IMG/VR virus record: IMGVR_UViG_3300038443_002312
Coordinates: 51,674 to 115,673 of that record
Strand: one strand, 5' to 3'
DNA: 64,000 nt
Source of the DNA: a virus
The translations under genes and the position numbers were made by a program. Below are positions 1-9,833 of this stretch, in pieces (position 1 is the first letter of the stretch; every line of letters starts with the position of its first letter). The notes under the pieces were generated by a model. It had not been told where the DNA came from, did no database searches, and worked only from the letters and a program-made list of their open reading frames with translations.

Positions 1-124
1 CGCCCCGGCCACGTACAGGAGCCACAGGACGGCCAGGGTCAGGGCGGTGAGCCCGAAGGTCAGCCACTGATGCTCCCGCGCCGTCAGTTTCCGCCGCTCG
101 TCCGCCATGTGCCCTCCCGGCCCG

Positions 125-901
125 TCAGGCCGCCCCCGTGTCCATGAACCCGGTGAAGTCCATCCGCCCGGCCAGCCGGGCGAGGATCTTGACCTCCAGC
201 TGCCGGACCCGCTCGCGGGTGATCCCGAAGGTCGCCCCGACCGCGTCCAGGGTCAGCCCCTCGACGAACCGCAGGCGGACGACCTCGGCCTGCCGCGGGT
301 CGAGCCAGCGGTTGACCTCCCGCCAGAACGCCGCCCGGTCCAGGCTGGCGCCGCCCTCCTCGGTCGGGTCCCGCTCGGTGTCGTCCGCGAGCAGGGGCCC
401 GCGCGGCGACCGGGTGAGGTCCCCCTTCGTCGCCCCGATCGGCTGGTCGAGCGAGACCGGGCGGTGGACGTAGCGCATCTCGGTCTCGTTCGGGACCCGG
501 GCCCCGGCGTTCGACTCGCGGGCCCGGAACCGGCGGAGGCGCATCTCGACCCAGTAGGTGGCGTAGGTCAGGTACGACGTCCCGCGGGTCGGGTCGTACC
601 GCCGGGCCGCGAGGACCAGGCCCACGACCGCCTCCTGCCGCATGTCGTCGAGGGCCACCGCCGCCCGGTTCATCTGCCACCACCGGTACGCCAGCCCGAA
701 GGCCAGCGGGCGGAACCGGACGACGACCGCCTCGCGCTCCGGGGCGGTCAGGTAGGGCAGGTCGGCCGCGGGGCCGCCGTCGTCCGCGAGGCGGCCGAGG
801 GCCGCCTCGTCCGCCCCGTCCCACTCGACCGGGGTGGCCCGCCTCAGCGGGGGCGGGTCAGTTCCTCCAGCCGCCGCTCCCCCGCCGGGGTCAGCCGCCA
901 C
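125..901 (-). CDS. Phage-encoded sigma-70 family RNA polymerase sigma factor (start uncertain)
   Basis: Region 2 motif DDMRQEAVVGLVLAARRYDPTRGTSYLTYATYWV, VSLDQPIG, and region 4 HTH LTLDAVGATFGITRERVRQLE; nearest in-frame GTG used as start. Confidence 0.9.
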   Translation of the reverse strand: MAADPGGGAAAGGTDPPPLRRATPVEWDGADEAALGRLADDGGPAADLPYLTAPEREAVVVRFRPLAFGLAYRWWQMNRAAVALDDMRQEAVVGLVLAARRYDPTRGTSYLTYATYWVEMRLRRFRARESNAGARVPNETEMRYVHRPVSLDQPIGATKGDLTRSPRGPLLADDTERDPTEEGGASLDRAAFWREVNRWLDPRQAEVVRLRFVEGLTLDAVGATFGITRERVRQLEVKILARLAGRMDFTGFMDTGAA

Positions 902-1452
902 TTCGCCCCGGTCGACCACCCGGTCAGCTGGAACAGGTGGCGGTGGACCGCCATCGCGTTCCGGGTCGACTGGGCCGACCGGCCGACCGCCCGGGCCAGC
1001 ACGGTCACCTTGGTCGGCCCGCCCGCGAGCAGGCGGATCAGGCGGTCCACGACGTCGCCCCCGGCTGGGACCGGGTCCGGGGCGACGGCTTTTCCCGGTG
1101 GGGCCGCCGGGCGGTCCGGCCGCGGCGGGGGCGGGGCGAAGCAGGGGGCCGGGGGCGGTGGCCCCGGGTCCGGCTGGTCGGGGTCCGGCGCCCGGGCCGG
1201 CAGCGCGTCGACCAGTCGCGGCGGCGCGTCCCGGGCGACGACGACCAGGGCGGCGATGGGTCCGGCCTCGGCGACCACCCGGACGGCCTCCCGGCCCAGC
1301 AGGCGGGCCAGGGCGTTCCGCTGGGCCACGAATTCGGCCAGCCGCGCGTCGGCCGCCGCCAGCGTGTCCGCCGACACCCGCGGCAGGACCGCGAGGAAGG
1401 CGGCCCACGGGTCGCCTTCCGCCGCCGTCAGTTCTGCGGGCGACTCTCCCAC
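844..1452 (-). CDS. Hypothetical protein, possible C-terminal winged HTH
   Basis: 202 aa ORF in operon; C-terminal LIRLLAGGPTKVTVLARAVGRS...WRLTPAG. Confidence 0.6.
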   Translation of the reverse strand: MGESPAELTAAEGDPWAAFLAVLPRVSADTLAAADARLAEFVAQRNALARLLGREAVRVVAEAGPIAALVVVARDAPPRLVDALPARAPDPDQPDPGPPPPAPCFAPPPPRPDRPAAPPGKAVAPDPVPAGGDVVDRLIRLLAGGPTKVTVLARAVGRSAQSTRNAMAVHRHLFQLTGWSTGAKWRLTPAGERRLEELTRPR

Positions 1453-1466
1453 GGCCGATCTCCCCG

Positions 1467-1700
1467 TCAGTTGCTCTCGGTGGCCACCACGGCGTCCGGC
1501 CCGACCGGATCGCCCGCGTCGCGGAACTCCTTCAAAACCGCGAGCATGTCGTGCACCTCGCCCCGCCCGACCACGAGCAGGTAGTCGAACCCGGCCGCCT
1601 GGGCCGTCGGGATGCCGCCGCCGTCGACCGTGACGGTCAGTACGGGTTCCGCGGCCAGCCTCTCCAACCGGGCGACCACGTCCGCGAGCGTTTTCATCAC
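1467..1700 (-). CDS. Hypothetical protein
   Basis: 77 aa ORF with GGAGG upstream, co-oriented with neighbours. Confidence 0.6.
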   Translation of the reverse strand: MMKTLADVVARLERLAAEPVLTVTVDGGGIPTAQAAGFDYLLVVGRGEVHDMLAVLKEFRDAGDPVGPDAVVATESN

Positions 1701-1748
1701 CCCTCCGCCGGCCGGGCCGGCACGTTCACCAGTTCGAGCCGACCCCGG

Positions 1749-2143
1749 TCAGTTCCCGCCGACTCCCGGCCCCGCCCCGCCGAGCCCGCGGACGACCACG
1801 TGCCGCTCGTGCATGTCGCGGAGCACGGCCGCGTCGGCGTCGGACAGGCCCGGGATCTTCGCCGCGTCCACCACCACCCGGACGACGCCCGGCCAAAACG
1901 CTTCCCGCCGCCGGCACAGGGCGACCACGAACGCCAGGTCGGACAGGATCGCGGCCGCCGGGTCGCCCGGCTCGATGTCCTCCAGCCGCCGGGCCAGGTC
2001 GCACGGGTCGACCTCGACCGGGATCGCCTTCAGGGCGTCCGCGAGCCGGCTGTCTCGTACCGGGCGCGCCGGTCGCCCTCACCCCCGACCCCGCCGTCCA
2101 GGGCGTACTCCACGACGACCCGCAGTTTGACCCGCCCCTCCAT
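1749..2143 (-). pseudogene. Frameshifted hypothetical gene (or sequencing error)
   Basis: MEGRVKLRVVVEYALDG...RARYE continues as RLADALKAIPVEVDPCDL... only if one base is added near 2055; the span is 395 nt. Confidence 0.5.
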
Positions 2144-2172
2144 CGCACCCCTCCCGGCCAACCCGTTGGCCA

Positions 2173-2610
2173 CTAGCCCCGACCGTCCCCGGCCGGCGCG
2201 TTCGCCACCCGGACGTCGGGGGTGTTCTCGGCCATCTCCCGGAGGGCGCCCAGGTACCGGGCCCGCTCCTCGGCGTCCGCCGCCCGCCCCGCGACCACCC
2301 CGGCGTCGACCACCAGGACCGCCGGGGATGTCACCCCCGTCGTCCCGCCCCCGGCCAACCGCTGGACCACCGCCGCCGCCGTCAGGACGTCGTCAGCCGC
2401 CTCCCCGGCCGCCTCCATGAGCCCGAGCACCAGGTCCTCGGGCAAGACCTCCTCGCTCGCCAGGGTCGCCACCAGGGCGACCCCGATCGCCCGGCCGATC
2501 GCCTCCCCGGCCGGCCCGTTCACCCCGGCCTGCTCGGTCGTCTCGAACCGCCGGGCCCGCGACCCGTCGTCGAACTCCAGGACGAGCCGGAACTTCACCG
2601 TGTCGCCCAT
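2173..2610 (-). CDS. Hypothetical protein
   Basis: MGDTVKFRLVLEF..., GAGGGAGG SD upstream. Confidence 0.65.
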   Translation of the reverse strand: MGDTVKFRLVLEFDDGSRARRFETTEQAGVNGPAGEAIGRAIGVALVATLASEEVLPEDLVLGLMEAAGEAADDVLTAAAVVQRLAGGGTTGVTSPAVLVVDAGVVAGRAADAEERARYLGALREMAENTPDVRVANAPAGDGRG

Positions 2611-2640
2611 GTCGCCCTCCCTCGCCGCCACTAGGACCAC

Positions 2641-2832
2641 TTACCGCCGGGCCCCGAAGTACCACCGCACGAACTGCACGTAGGCCACCCCGAACCCGGA
2701 CCCCCAGACCGCGAACACGAACACCACCCCGTGCAGGGCCGGCGGCAGGGTCGCGGCCGCGGCACACGCCGCCACCCCCAGGCACCCGAACCCGAAGGCC
2801 AAGGGCTTCAGCCAGTCCCCCGCGTCGTCCAT
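2641..2832 (-). CDS. Small membrane protein (2 TM helices)
   Basis: Two hydrophobic stretches; start overlaps the terL stop. Confidence 0.55.
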   Translation of the reverse strand: MDDAGDWLKPLAFGFGCLGVAACAAAATLPPALHGVVFVFAVWGSGFGVAYVQFVRWYFGARR

Positions 2833-4463
2833 CACGCCGCCTCCAGGTCCGCCCACCCGAGTTTCACCCGCATGTCCGCCGCCGCGATCGCGATCCCCCA
2901 CGCCACCGCCAAATCGTCCAGCAGCGGGGCCGGGGCCGCGAGCGTGTCCGCCTCGATCGTGATGATCTGGTCGTACAGGTCCCGGGAGTGCACCACGCAC
3001 CGGTTCGCCGTGATCCGGCTCGCCGCCCGGTGGTACATGAGTTCCTTACTCCGCCCGTCCGTCGCCCACCCCTTGCCCCCGTCCGGCCCGTTCCCCAGGC
3101 TCGCGTCGTAGTCCCCCCGGTCCCGGACCGTGTGCCACCACGTGATGAACGCGTGCCCGTGGTTGTTCCGCTCCGGCATCACCCGGCACTTCGCCCCGGC
3201 CGGCTTCCGGTACCAGTCGCACAGGGCCGCCGAGTAACTGGCCAGGACCTCCGGCGTGTACTTCCCCCGGACGATCGCCACCTCCTCGCCCGACTCGTCG
3301 TCCACCACCACGAGCGCCGAGTCGCACGACGTCCGCAGGCCCTGGGCCGGGTCCCCGCCGATCGTGTACGCCCGCCCCATCTCCGGCACCCGGTACACCC
3401 GGCACCCCTGCTGGTGCTGGTACCCCGGCAGGGACGCCGGGCACCGGGCCTCGCCCTTCCCGTAGGTGGGGTGGTCCCACGCCGCCTTGGCCCGCGCCAA
3501 GGGCACCGGGTCCAGCGGCACGAAGACGTGCGAGCACCGGTCCTCCGGGAACCGCTTGTCCAACTGCGAGGCCGCCAGGGCCTCCTCGGGCGTGGCCGGG
3601 TACGACTCGTGGACCGCGTCCAGACTGAACGTCGTCGCCTTGCTGTGGGCCACCTGAGCCCGGTACCACGCCCGGGTCCGCTCCGGCCGCGCCCACCACG
3701 GCAGGAAGCACGCCGCCGCCCCCGGCAGGTTCCCCGCCCGGGCCTCCCGCCACAGGTTCTTGAACACGCTCCCCGGGGCCTTCTTGTCCACCCGGGAGAT
3801 CAGGAACAGTTTCCCCCCGTTGTCCACCGTCGGCTTGACCCGGGACAGGAGCACCTCCAGCTTCGGGATCAGGTCGCACTCGTCGATGACGGCGACCGAG
3901 GCCGTGTACGAGTCCCCGGCACTGGTCGGGAAGGCCCGGGCCGTCGCCCCGTTCGCCAGGAACCACTGGTGCCCGCTCTCCCCCTGGAGCTTCCCGCCCC
4001 GGGTGAACGACCCCGCCGGGTGCAGCCACGGCGGCAGGCGGACGAACATCCCCTTCAGCCGCCGCATCATCTCCAGGGCCTCGGTGTCCCGGAGGGAGAA
4101 CAGCAGGGCCGACGTCTGCGGGACGAAGAGGAGCATCCACAGCACGAACGCGAGGGCCAGCCAGGTCAGCCCGATCTGCCGGGGCTTGAGCACGTACACC
4201 TGGGAAAATCGCCTAAACTTCTGGAGCGGGTCGATCTGGGCCGGCCACAACTCGAACCGCACCCAGTCCCCGCCCACCGACTCCCCGAGCGACGTCGTCC
4301 TCGCCGCCACCTCGATACTGCAATACGTGCTGACGAAGTACCACGGGCTCGTCGCGCACTTCGCCGCCTCGGCCGCGACCACCTCCGCGGCCGGCTCGTC
4401 GTCCCACGCCGCCCAACTGGGGCGGACGTACCCCGCCACGGCCTCCTTACCCCGGGTCGCCAT
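2832..4463 (-). CDS. terL: Terminase large subunit
   Basis: Q motif LWPAQ, Walker A VLKPRQIGLTW, Walker B AVIDECD, nuclease IGGDPAQG...CDSALVVVD and DDLAVAWGIA. Confidence 0.9.
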   Translation of the reverse strand: MATRGKEAVAGYVRPSWAAWDDEPAAEVVAAEAAKCATSPWYFVSTYCSIEVAARTTSLGESVGGDWVRFELWPAQIDPLQKFRRFSQVYVLKPRQIGLTWLALAFVLWMLLFVPQTSALLFSLRDTEALEMMRRLKGMFVRLPPWLHPAGSFTRGGKLQGESGHQWFLANGATARAFPTSAGDSYTASVAVIDECDLIPKLEVLLSRVKPTVDNGGKLFLISRVDKKAPGSVFKNLWREARAGNLPGAAACFLPWWARPERTRAWYRAQVAHSKATTFSLDAVHESYPATPEEALAASQLDKRFPEDRCSHVFVPLDPVPLARAKAAWDHPTYGKGEARCPASLPGYQHQQGCRVYRVPEMGRAYTIGGDPAQGLRTSCDSALVVVDDESGEEVAIVRGKYTPEVLASYSAALCDWYRKPAGAKCRVMPERNNHGHAFITWWHTVRDRGDYDASLGNGPDGGKGWATDGRSKELMYHRAASRITANRCVVHSRDLYDQIITIEADTLAAPAPLLDDLAVAWGIAIAAADMRVKLGWADLEAA

Positions 4464-4784
4464 TCAACCCATCTCCCGCAGGGCCGCCTCGTACACCTTC
4501 ACCAGCCCGTCCCGGTCGGTCGGCTCGTCCCCCCGACAAATGGCCAGGACCGCCTGCCGGGCTTCGAGCAGGGGCCAGTCCGTTGGCAGAACCCGGTCCC
4601 CGAACGGGTCGGCGAAAAAGGCCGCGTCCGCCGTCGCCTCGTCGTCGGCCATCCCCTTGGCGGCCGCGAGGCAGCACCGCAGGCAGTACGAGCCCGCCCC
4701 GGCCGGGCACGTCTCCGGGTGCGGGTCGCCCCCGTCCCGGGCGACCGCGAGGGCCAGTTCCACCACCCGCCGGGCCGTGGTCAT
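4464..4784 (-). CDS. Hypothetical Cys-rich protein
   Basis: 106 aa ORF abutting terL. Confidence 0.6.
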   Translation of the reverse strand: MTTARRVVELALAVARDGGDPHPETCPAGAGSYCLRCCLAAAKGMADDEATADAAFFADPFGDRVLPTDWPLLEARQAVLAICRGDEPTDRDGLVKVYEAALREMG

Positions 4785-6460
4785 TCCGGGACCACCTCGA
4801 CCCAGTCGGTCCGGGTCGTGTACGCGTCGAGCCCGCCGGACTCCTCCGCCCGCAACCGGGTCATCCGCCCCGGTTCCGGCGACTCGGCCACCCGGTACAC
4901 CGGCCCGCCCCGGCTCGTCCGTACCCGGGTCCCGACCGGCACGTCTTCGAGGGCGAAGAGTCGCGTGGTCTCCGCCCCGGCCGTGACGTCCTTCGGCACC
5001 GGGTAGACCATCGCGCCTTCCCCGATGCAGGCCCTGACGTTGTGCCGGAGGTTGACCAGTTCCAGGACCCCCGGGCCCCGGTCACTGGCGGGACCGATCA
5101 CCCGGAACACCGTCTCTTTCTCCGGCGACTCGCGGAACCAGTCCCCCGGCTTCAGGTCGCCCGCCCGGACCGCCCGCGGGCCCGCGGTCGGCTCACCGGA
5201 ACCCGACTTCGTCTCACCGGCCGGTCCGCCCGCGGGTTCCGGGTAGACGACCGCGTCCGCCCCGACCCGCGTCTGCCGGTTCTCGGCGAGGTTCTTCACC
5301 GCCACGACGGCCGGGAGGTCGAGCGGGCCGACCACCTCGAAGACCGTCTCGGCCCCCGGGGAGCAGCGGAACCAGGCGCCCGGCTCCAGGTCGCGGGCCC
5401 GGACCGCCCCGGCCGGCAGGGGACTCGGCTCGGCCGGCCACGCCCCCGCCCCGATCACCTCGACCCGCGTCTCGGGGTCCATCCACAGCGTCCCGCGGTC
5501 GGGCACGTGGACCTCGACCCCCCTCAGGGAGTCGTACCCGCGGACCTTGTACACACCCCCGCCCGGCCGGGTGCGGACGACCGCCCCGGCGTCCAGGTCG
5601 CCGATCCGCACCAGCCCGGCGGCGTCGGGCCCGACCGCCGTCTTGTCCCGGGCCGGGGCGGCCTCCCTCGTCGCCTCGTGGACGACCTCGACCACCGTGT
5701 CGGTCGACTCCCAGGAGACGCCGCCGTCCGGGGCGGTCAGTTTGACCCCCTTCAGGGAGTCGTACCCGCCGACCGTGCTGGCCGGGTCGCCCGGATTGCC
5801 CCGGACCGCCGACCCCAGGGGCAGGTCGCCGAGCCGGGCCCGCCGCCCGGTGGGGAAGGGGACCTCCGCCTCGGCCCGGGCTCGCCGCCTGCCAAGCGGG
5901 ATTTCCGCCTGGACCCGACCGAGCAGGTCCGCGGCCAGTTTCACGCCGTCCCGGGACGCCTGCTCGACCCGCTCCTTCGCGGCCTCGACCGCCGCCAGAG
6001 CGGCGGGCACGTCCGCCTTAGCCGCCCCGACCACCTCGACGAACCGGCCGGCCGAGGCGTGCATCAGCGGTTCCCCGCCGGGCGTCTCCATCTGGACGTA
6101 GTTGGGCATCCCCTGGACCGCCGCCACCCGCTCGACCTCGCCGCCCGCGAGCGTCCGGACCAGCGTCCCCGGCGGGAGCTTGCCGAGGACCGCGAACAGG
6201 GGGGCGGCGGGCGCGGGGGCCGCCGCCTCCGGGACGACCCGCAGGGCCGCCGCCGGGAGGGTCGCGAGCCGCACGCCCCCGTCCGGCCCCATCCAGGCGA
6301 CCGCCACGTCCCCGGCCGCGAGCCGCACCGGTTCGACCCCGCCCTTGCGGTGGTTGTACAGGGTGTCCCCCGCCACCGCCGAGACGACCATCCGGACCCC
6401 GCCGTCCTCGGGTTCCGAGGCCAGCCGGACCACCACCCCCTTCGCCACCCCGTCGCTCAT
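4781..6460 (-). CDS. Protein with about six tandem ~50 aa beta-rich (SH3/KOW-like) repeats
   Basis: Repeats GDLxxGxxVR...V(Y/F)xV; GYDSLKGV/GYDSLRGV; DLEPGAWFR/DLKPGDWFR. Confidence 0.75.
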   Translation of the reverse strand: MSDGVAKGVVVRLASEPEDGGVRMVVSAVAGDTLYNHRKGGVEPVRLAAGDVAVAWMGPDGGVRLATLPAAALRVVPEAAAPAPAAPLFAVLGKLPPGTLVRTLAGGEVERVAAVQGMPNYVQMETPGGEPLMHASAGRFVEVVGAAKADVPAALAAVEAAKERVEQASRDGVKLAADLLGRVQAEIPLGRRRARAEAEVPFPTGRRARLGDLPLGSAVRGNPGDPASTVGGYDSLKGVKLTAPDGGVSWESTDTVVEVVHEATREAAPARDKTAVGPDAAGLVRIGDLDAGAVVRTRPGGGVYKVRGYDSLRGVEVHVPDRGTLWMDPETRVEVIGAGAWPAEPSPLPAGAVRARDLEPGAWFRCSPGAETVFEVVGPLDLPAVVAVKNLAENRQTRVGADAVVYPEPAGGPAGETKSGSGEPTAGPRAVRAGDLKPGDWFRESPEKETVFRVIGPASDRGPGVLELVNLRHNVRACIGEGAMVYPVPKDVTAGAETTRLFALEDVPVGTRVRTSRGGPVYRVAESPEPGRMTRLRAEESGGLDAYTTRTDWVEVVPE

Positions 6461-6572
6461 GGTGCCCTCACGCCGTGGATTCCGAGATTGTAACGGAGTG
6501 CCGTAGGCCACCCTCATCAACCGCAGCCCGCCAAAGGCTGATCGGTTAAGTTGCCATCAAGCAGGCAGCAGA

Positions 6573-7421
6573 CTACGCCGTGGAAGATCCCGTTTCCCAA
6601 CTCCGCCCGCAGGCGTCACACCGGACCTCCTGCGCGTCCCCGCCCTGCGGGCCGGTGTCGGACCGGGCGTACACCTTCCCCGCCGCCCGGCAGAACCGGC
6701 ACGGTTCGTCCTCCAGCCACGCCCAGTCCCCGAACCCGGCGGCCGCGGTCTCGGCCGCCGGGCGGAGGGGGGTCGCCCCCGCCGGCACGAACCGCCCGTC
6801 GCGGAACTCCGTCAGGGGCCGGACCCACGTCCCCGACGCCCCGCAGTAGACCACCACCGGGGTCATATCCTTCTCCAGGACCCCGCACGTGAGGACCTTG
6901 TACTCGCCCCCGGACTTCACGTGCCGCCACAACGACTCCGGCGGCGGCCCGTCCCGGGCGATCACCGCGTGCACCGCCGGCAGCGGGTCGCCGGCCAGCG
7001 GATTGGCAGGTGTGGCCGGGGGCGCGGCCCCCAGCACCCCCCGGACGGCCCGGGCGGCGGCCAGGTCGGCCGCCTCGACCGTCGGGTACTCCCGCCACCC
7101 CGGTCCCCGCTCGGTCCCGCCCCGGAGGGCCCGGAAGACGGCGGCCGGCAGGCACGGGTACGCGTCCCCCGGGTAGATCGTGGGGTCGTACCAGGCCGAA
7201 ACGGTCGTGTACGGGCTCCGGGCCCGGACCGCCCGGGCGAACGCCTCGGGCGGGTCGAGCCGGTCGACCTGGTCCGCCCGCTCCCGGTCCGCCCGCAGCC
7301 GGGTCACCTCGCCGAGCAATTTCAAGACCAGCCGGGACTTGCGGCACCCGACCGCCGACAGTTCCACGCTCCCGGCCCGGAGTTCTTCTTCCTCGCCGGC
7401 CGTGATGTTCTCGTCGCTCAT
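6573..7421 (-). CDS. DUF1653-like domain protein with C-terminal Zn ribbon
   Basis: WRHVKSGGEYKVL...VVVY...TWVRPLTEFRDGRF; CRFC...CDACG. Confidence 0.7.
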   Translation of the reverse strand: MSDENITAGEEEELRAGSVELSAVGCRKSRLVLKLLGEVTRLRADRERADQVDRLDPPEAFARAVRARSPYTTVSAWYDPTIYPGDAYPCLPAAVFRALRGGTERGPGWREYPTVEAADLAAARAVRGVLGAAPPATPANPLAGDPLPAVHAVIARDGPPPESLWRHVKSGGEYKVLTCGVLEKDMTPVVVYCGASGTWVRPLTEFRDGRFVPAGATPLRPAAETAAAGFGDWAWLEDEPCRFCRAAGKVYARSDTGPQGGDAQEVRCDACGRSWETGSSTA

Positions 7422-7440
7422 CGCCTTGCCCGTCAAGAGG

Positions 7441-7890
7441 TTAGTCCGGCAGGTCGCCCGCCGAATCGTAGGTGAACGCGCCCTCGCGGGCACCTTCCAA
7501 GCACCCGGCGTACCAGAGGAAGACGCCGAGCAAAAGCCCCGCCTGGCGGACCGAGTCGACGTTGTGCGGCAGGAGCACTTTCCCGCCGCGCGGGGCCCCG
7601 ATCCCGTCGGCGAGGTCGAGCCCGCAGGCGTTGCCGGGCACGGTGATGTGCTCCGGCCCCCACTCCCCGCCCGCCACCCGGACCGCCAACGGGTCGTCCG
7701 TCTCGAACCCGAACGCCTTGAGCCACACCGGGGCCAGTCGCCGGGCCGCCGCCCGGATCAGGTCGGGGGTGAGCCGCGCCCGCGCGACCTCGGCCCGCCA
7801 CGCCGGGTAGAGGCGGACGGCGGGGCCGCAGACCCCGCGGGCCGCGTCCGGGTGCCAGTCGATCCCGTAAAGTTGTTCGGGCACGGCCAC
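7441..7890 (-). CDS. Hypothetical protein
   Basis: Globular-looking part of ORF 7441..8085 from VAVPEQLYGIDWH; start uncertain. Confidence 0.55.
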   Translation of the reverse strand: MAVPEQLYGIDWHPDAARGVCGPAVRLYPAWRAEVARARLTPDLIRAAARRLAPVWLKAFGFETDDPLAVRVAGGEWGPEHITVPGNACGLDLADGIGAPRGGKVLLPHNVDSVRQAGLLLGVFLWYAGCLEGAREGAFTYDSAGDLPD

Positions 7891-7940
7891 TCCGCCTTGT
7901 ACACCGCCCACGCCGCACGGGTGGTACGTGACCACCCGGG

Positions 7941-8417
7941 CTACCGGTTCGCGTCCCGCCACTCGTCCACCCCACTGTTCGGGGCCACCGGGTCGGGCCG
8001 GGCGGCGGCGAGCAGGTCGCGGAGGTCCGCGTTCTCCCGCCGCAGGGCGGCGACCTCGTTCTCCAGCCCCAGCAGGTACGCCCACAGGTCGGCCATCACC
8101 GCCCGGGTTCGCTTGACCAGGTCCGCCCCGTTCACCGCCCCGTCCAGCCGGACCCGCTTCTTCTCGGCGGTCTCGGCCTGGGCGAGGCGGTGGACCGCGT
8201 CGTTCAGCCGCCCCAACTCGCTCGCCTTCGCCGCCAGGGCCGCCGTCAGCCGCCGCCGCAGCGGGGTGTCCGCCTTGGCGAGCCCGGCGACCCGGACCTG
8301 GATCTGGCGGTACTCCTCGCTCGCCCGGAGCCGGCGGGACTTGGCCTCGTCCTGGGTCGCGGGCTCTTTCCAGTCGCAGGGGTCGCCGACGTCGGGCGTC
8401 TTCGGGGTCTCGGTCAC
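7941..8417 (-). CDS. Hypothetical coiled-coil protein
   Basis: GTG overlaps the upstream stop; heptad-like helical sequence. Confidence 0.6.
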   Translation of the reverse strand: MTETPKTPDVGDPCDWKEPATQDEAKSRRLRASEEYRQIQVRVAGLAKADTPLRRRLTAALAAKASELGRLNDAVHRLAQAETAEKKRVRLDGAVNGADLVKRTRAVMADLWAYLLGLENEVAALRRENADLRDLLAAARPDPVAPNSGVDEWRDANR

Positions 8418-8806
8418 AACTCGTCTCGCTCGCAGGTCCAGCCGAACAGCACGCGCAGCACCAGGCGGCGGAGCCAGTTCGGCCGGGGCAGGAGTTCGCT
8501 CCCGGGCAGGACGACCGGCCGGCCGGCCGTGTCCCGGCCGGTCACGACCACCCACCCGGTCGGCCGCGGGGGCCGGTCCAACCGGCCCCCGGCGTGGGTC
8601 ATCGGGCCGGCCGGGTCCAGCCCGACCGTCGCCCCGGCCGGGTCGGCCAGCCCGGCCGACGCCAGCCGCCCCCGGGCGAAGTCCTCGACCAGCCCGACCG
8701 TCTTGTCCCCGCACGCGGGGCACGGGTCGGCGGGCGTCGATGCGCGGCAGGTGACGCACCACCGCGGCGAAACCGGCCGCGGCGGGACGGGGACTTCGGG
8801 GCTCAC
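8414..8806 (-). CDS. Zn-ribbon hypothetical protein
   Basis: CVTC...CPACG. Confidence 0.55.
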   Translation of the reverse strand: MSPEVPVPPRPVSPRWCVTCRASTPADPCPACGDKTVGLVEDFARGRLASAGLADPAGATVGLDPAGPMTHAGGRLDRPPRPTGWVVVTGRDTAGRPVVLPGSELLPRPNWLRRLVLRVLFGWTCERDEL

Positions 8807-8834
8807 GGGGACTCCGGGGCGACCGGTTGGCGAA

Positions 8835-9833
8835 TCACTGGCGGCCGGACTGGGCCCGCTTGAGGCCGGCCTCGAACTGCTTGACCGCGTCGATCGCGAA
8901 CGAGATGGCCGGGCCGGCCCAGTCCGTCACGTTCGCCGAGTAACCGGCCCGGACCCCGGCCTGGGTCACGTGGGCGAGCAGGGCCCCGGGCTGGCACAGC
9001 CTCTGGCCGGCCAGCTTGGAATCGTAGTCCCGCAGCCGGGCGTGCAGTTCCTGGCCGGTCGACGGGGCCGCCCCGGGCAGGCCGGGCCTGGGGAACTTCC
9101 GCCCGAACTGGGCGAACAGGTCCAGGACCGCCTTGTCGACCGCGGTCGACACCAGCCCGCGGGCCTTCTCGCCCTCGAACGCGTGCCACAGGGCCTCGAA
9201 CCCGGGCCGGTCCCGGAGGGCGGCGAACTGGTCCTGGTAGGCGCTGATGGCCAGGCGGTCGTCGTCGCTCATCCCGCCCGCGGGCGCGCCCGCCGTCGCC
9301 CCCTGGGCGGCCGGGTTCGCCCCCTGCCCCTGCCGCGGCGGGCCGGCCGAGTCGACCGCCCCCCTCCGCTGCTTGCCCGGGTCGGCCCAGTCGGGGAGCT
9401 GCGGGATCTGGGTGATCTGCTTCTTCTGGGGGTCGTAATCGACCCACACGGGCGGCAGGCGGTACAGGTACCGGCCGATGCCGAACTTGACCGCGGCCCG
9501 CTTGAGGGCGTCACTGAAACTCGCCTTGAGCCGGTCGCCGCCGTCGGGCTGCTCGCTCGGGGAACCGACGTCCTCCTTGGTCACCCACTCGCCGTCGACC
9601 CGGACGGACAGTTGGCAGACGACGCACCCGTCGTTCAGGACCTCGTAGTGGTCCTTCCAGTTCTCCGCCCCGAGCACGTCATCCAGCCGCTCCTCGACCA
9701 GCCGGGCGTCCACGTACGGGACGGCCATGGCCCGGTTGTTCTTCGCCGCCTGCGGCTTCCACTTGAGTTGCCGGGCGTCAAAGAACGCGGCCAGGGCCCT
9801 CATCTTCTCGGCGGTCGTCGTCCCCTCGCTCAT
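8835..9833 (-). CDS. Rad52/22 family (Sak/DdrA-like) ssDNA annealing protein
   Basis: YVDARLVEERLDDVLGAENW, KEDVG, KASFSDALKRAAVKFGIGRYLY. Confidence 0.9.
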   Translation of the reverse strand: MSEGTTTAEKMRALAAFFDARQLKWKPQAAKNNRAMAVPYVDARLVEERLDDVLGAENWKDHYEVLNDGCVVCQLSVRVDGEWVTKEDVGSPSEQPDGGDRLKASFSDALKRAAVKFGIGRYLYRLPPVWVDYDPQKKQITQIPQLPDWADPGKQRRGAVDSAGPPRQGQGANPAAQGATAGAPAGGMSDDDRLAISAYQDQFAALRDRPGFEALWHAFEGEKARGLVSTAVDKAVLDLFAQFGRKFPRPGLPGAAPSTGQELHARLRDYDSKLAGQRLCQPGALLAHVTQAGVRAGYSANVTDWAGPAISFAIDAVKQFEAGLKRAQSGRQ

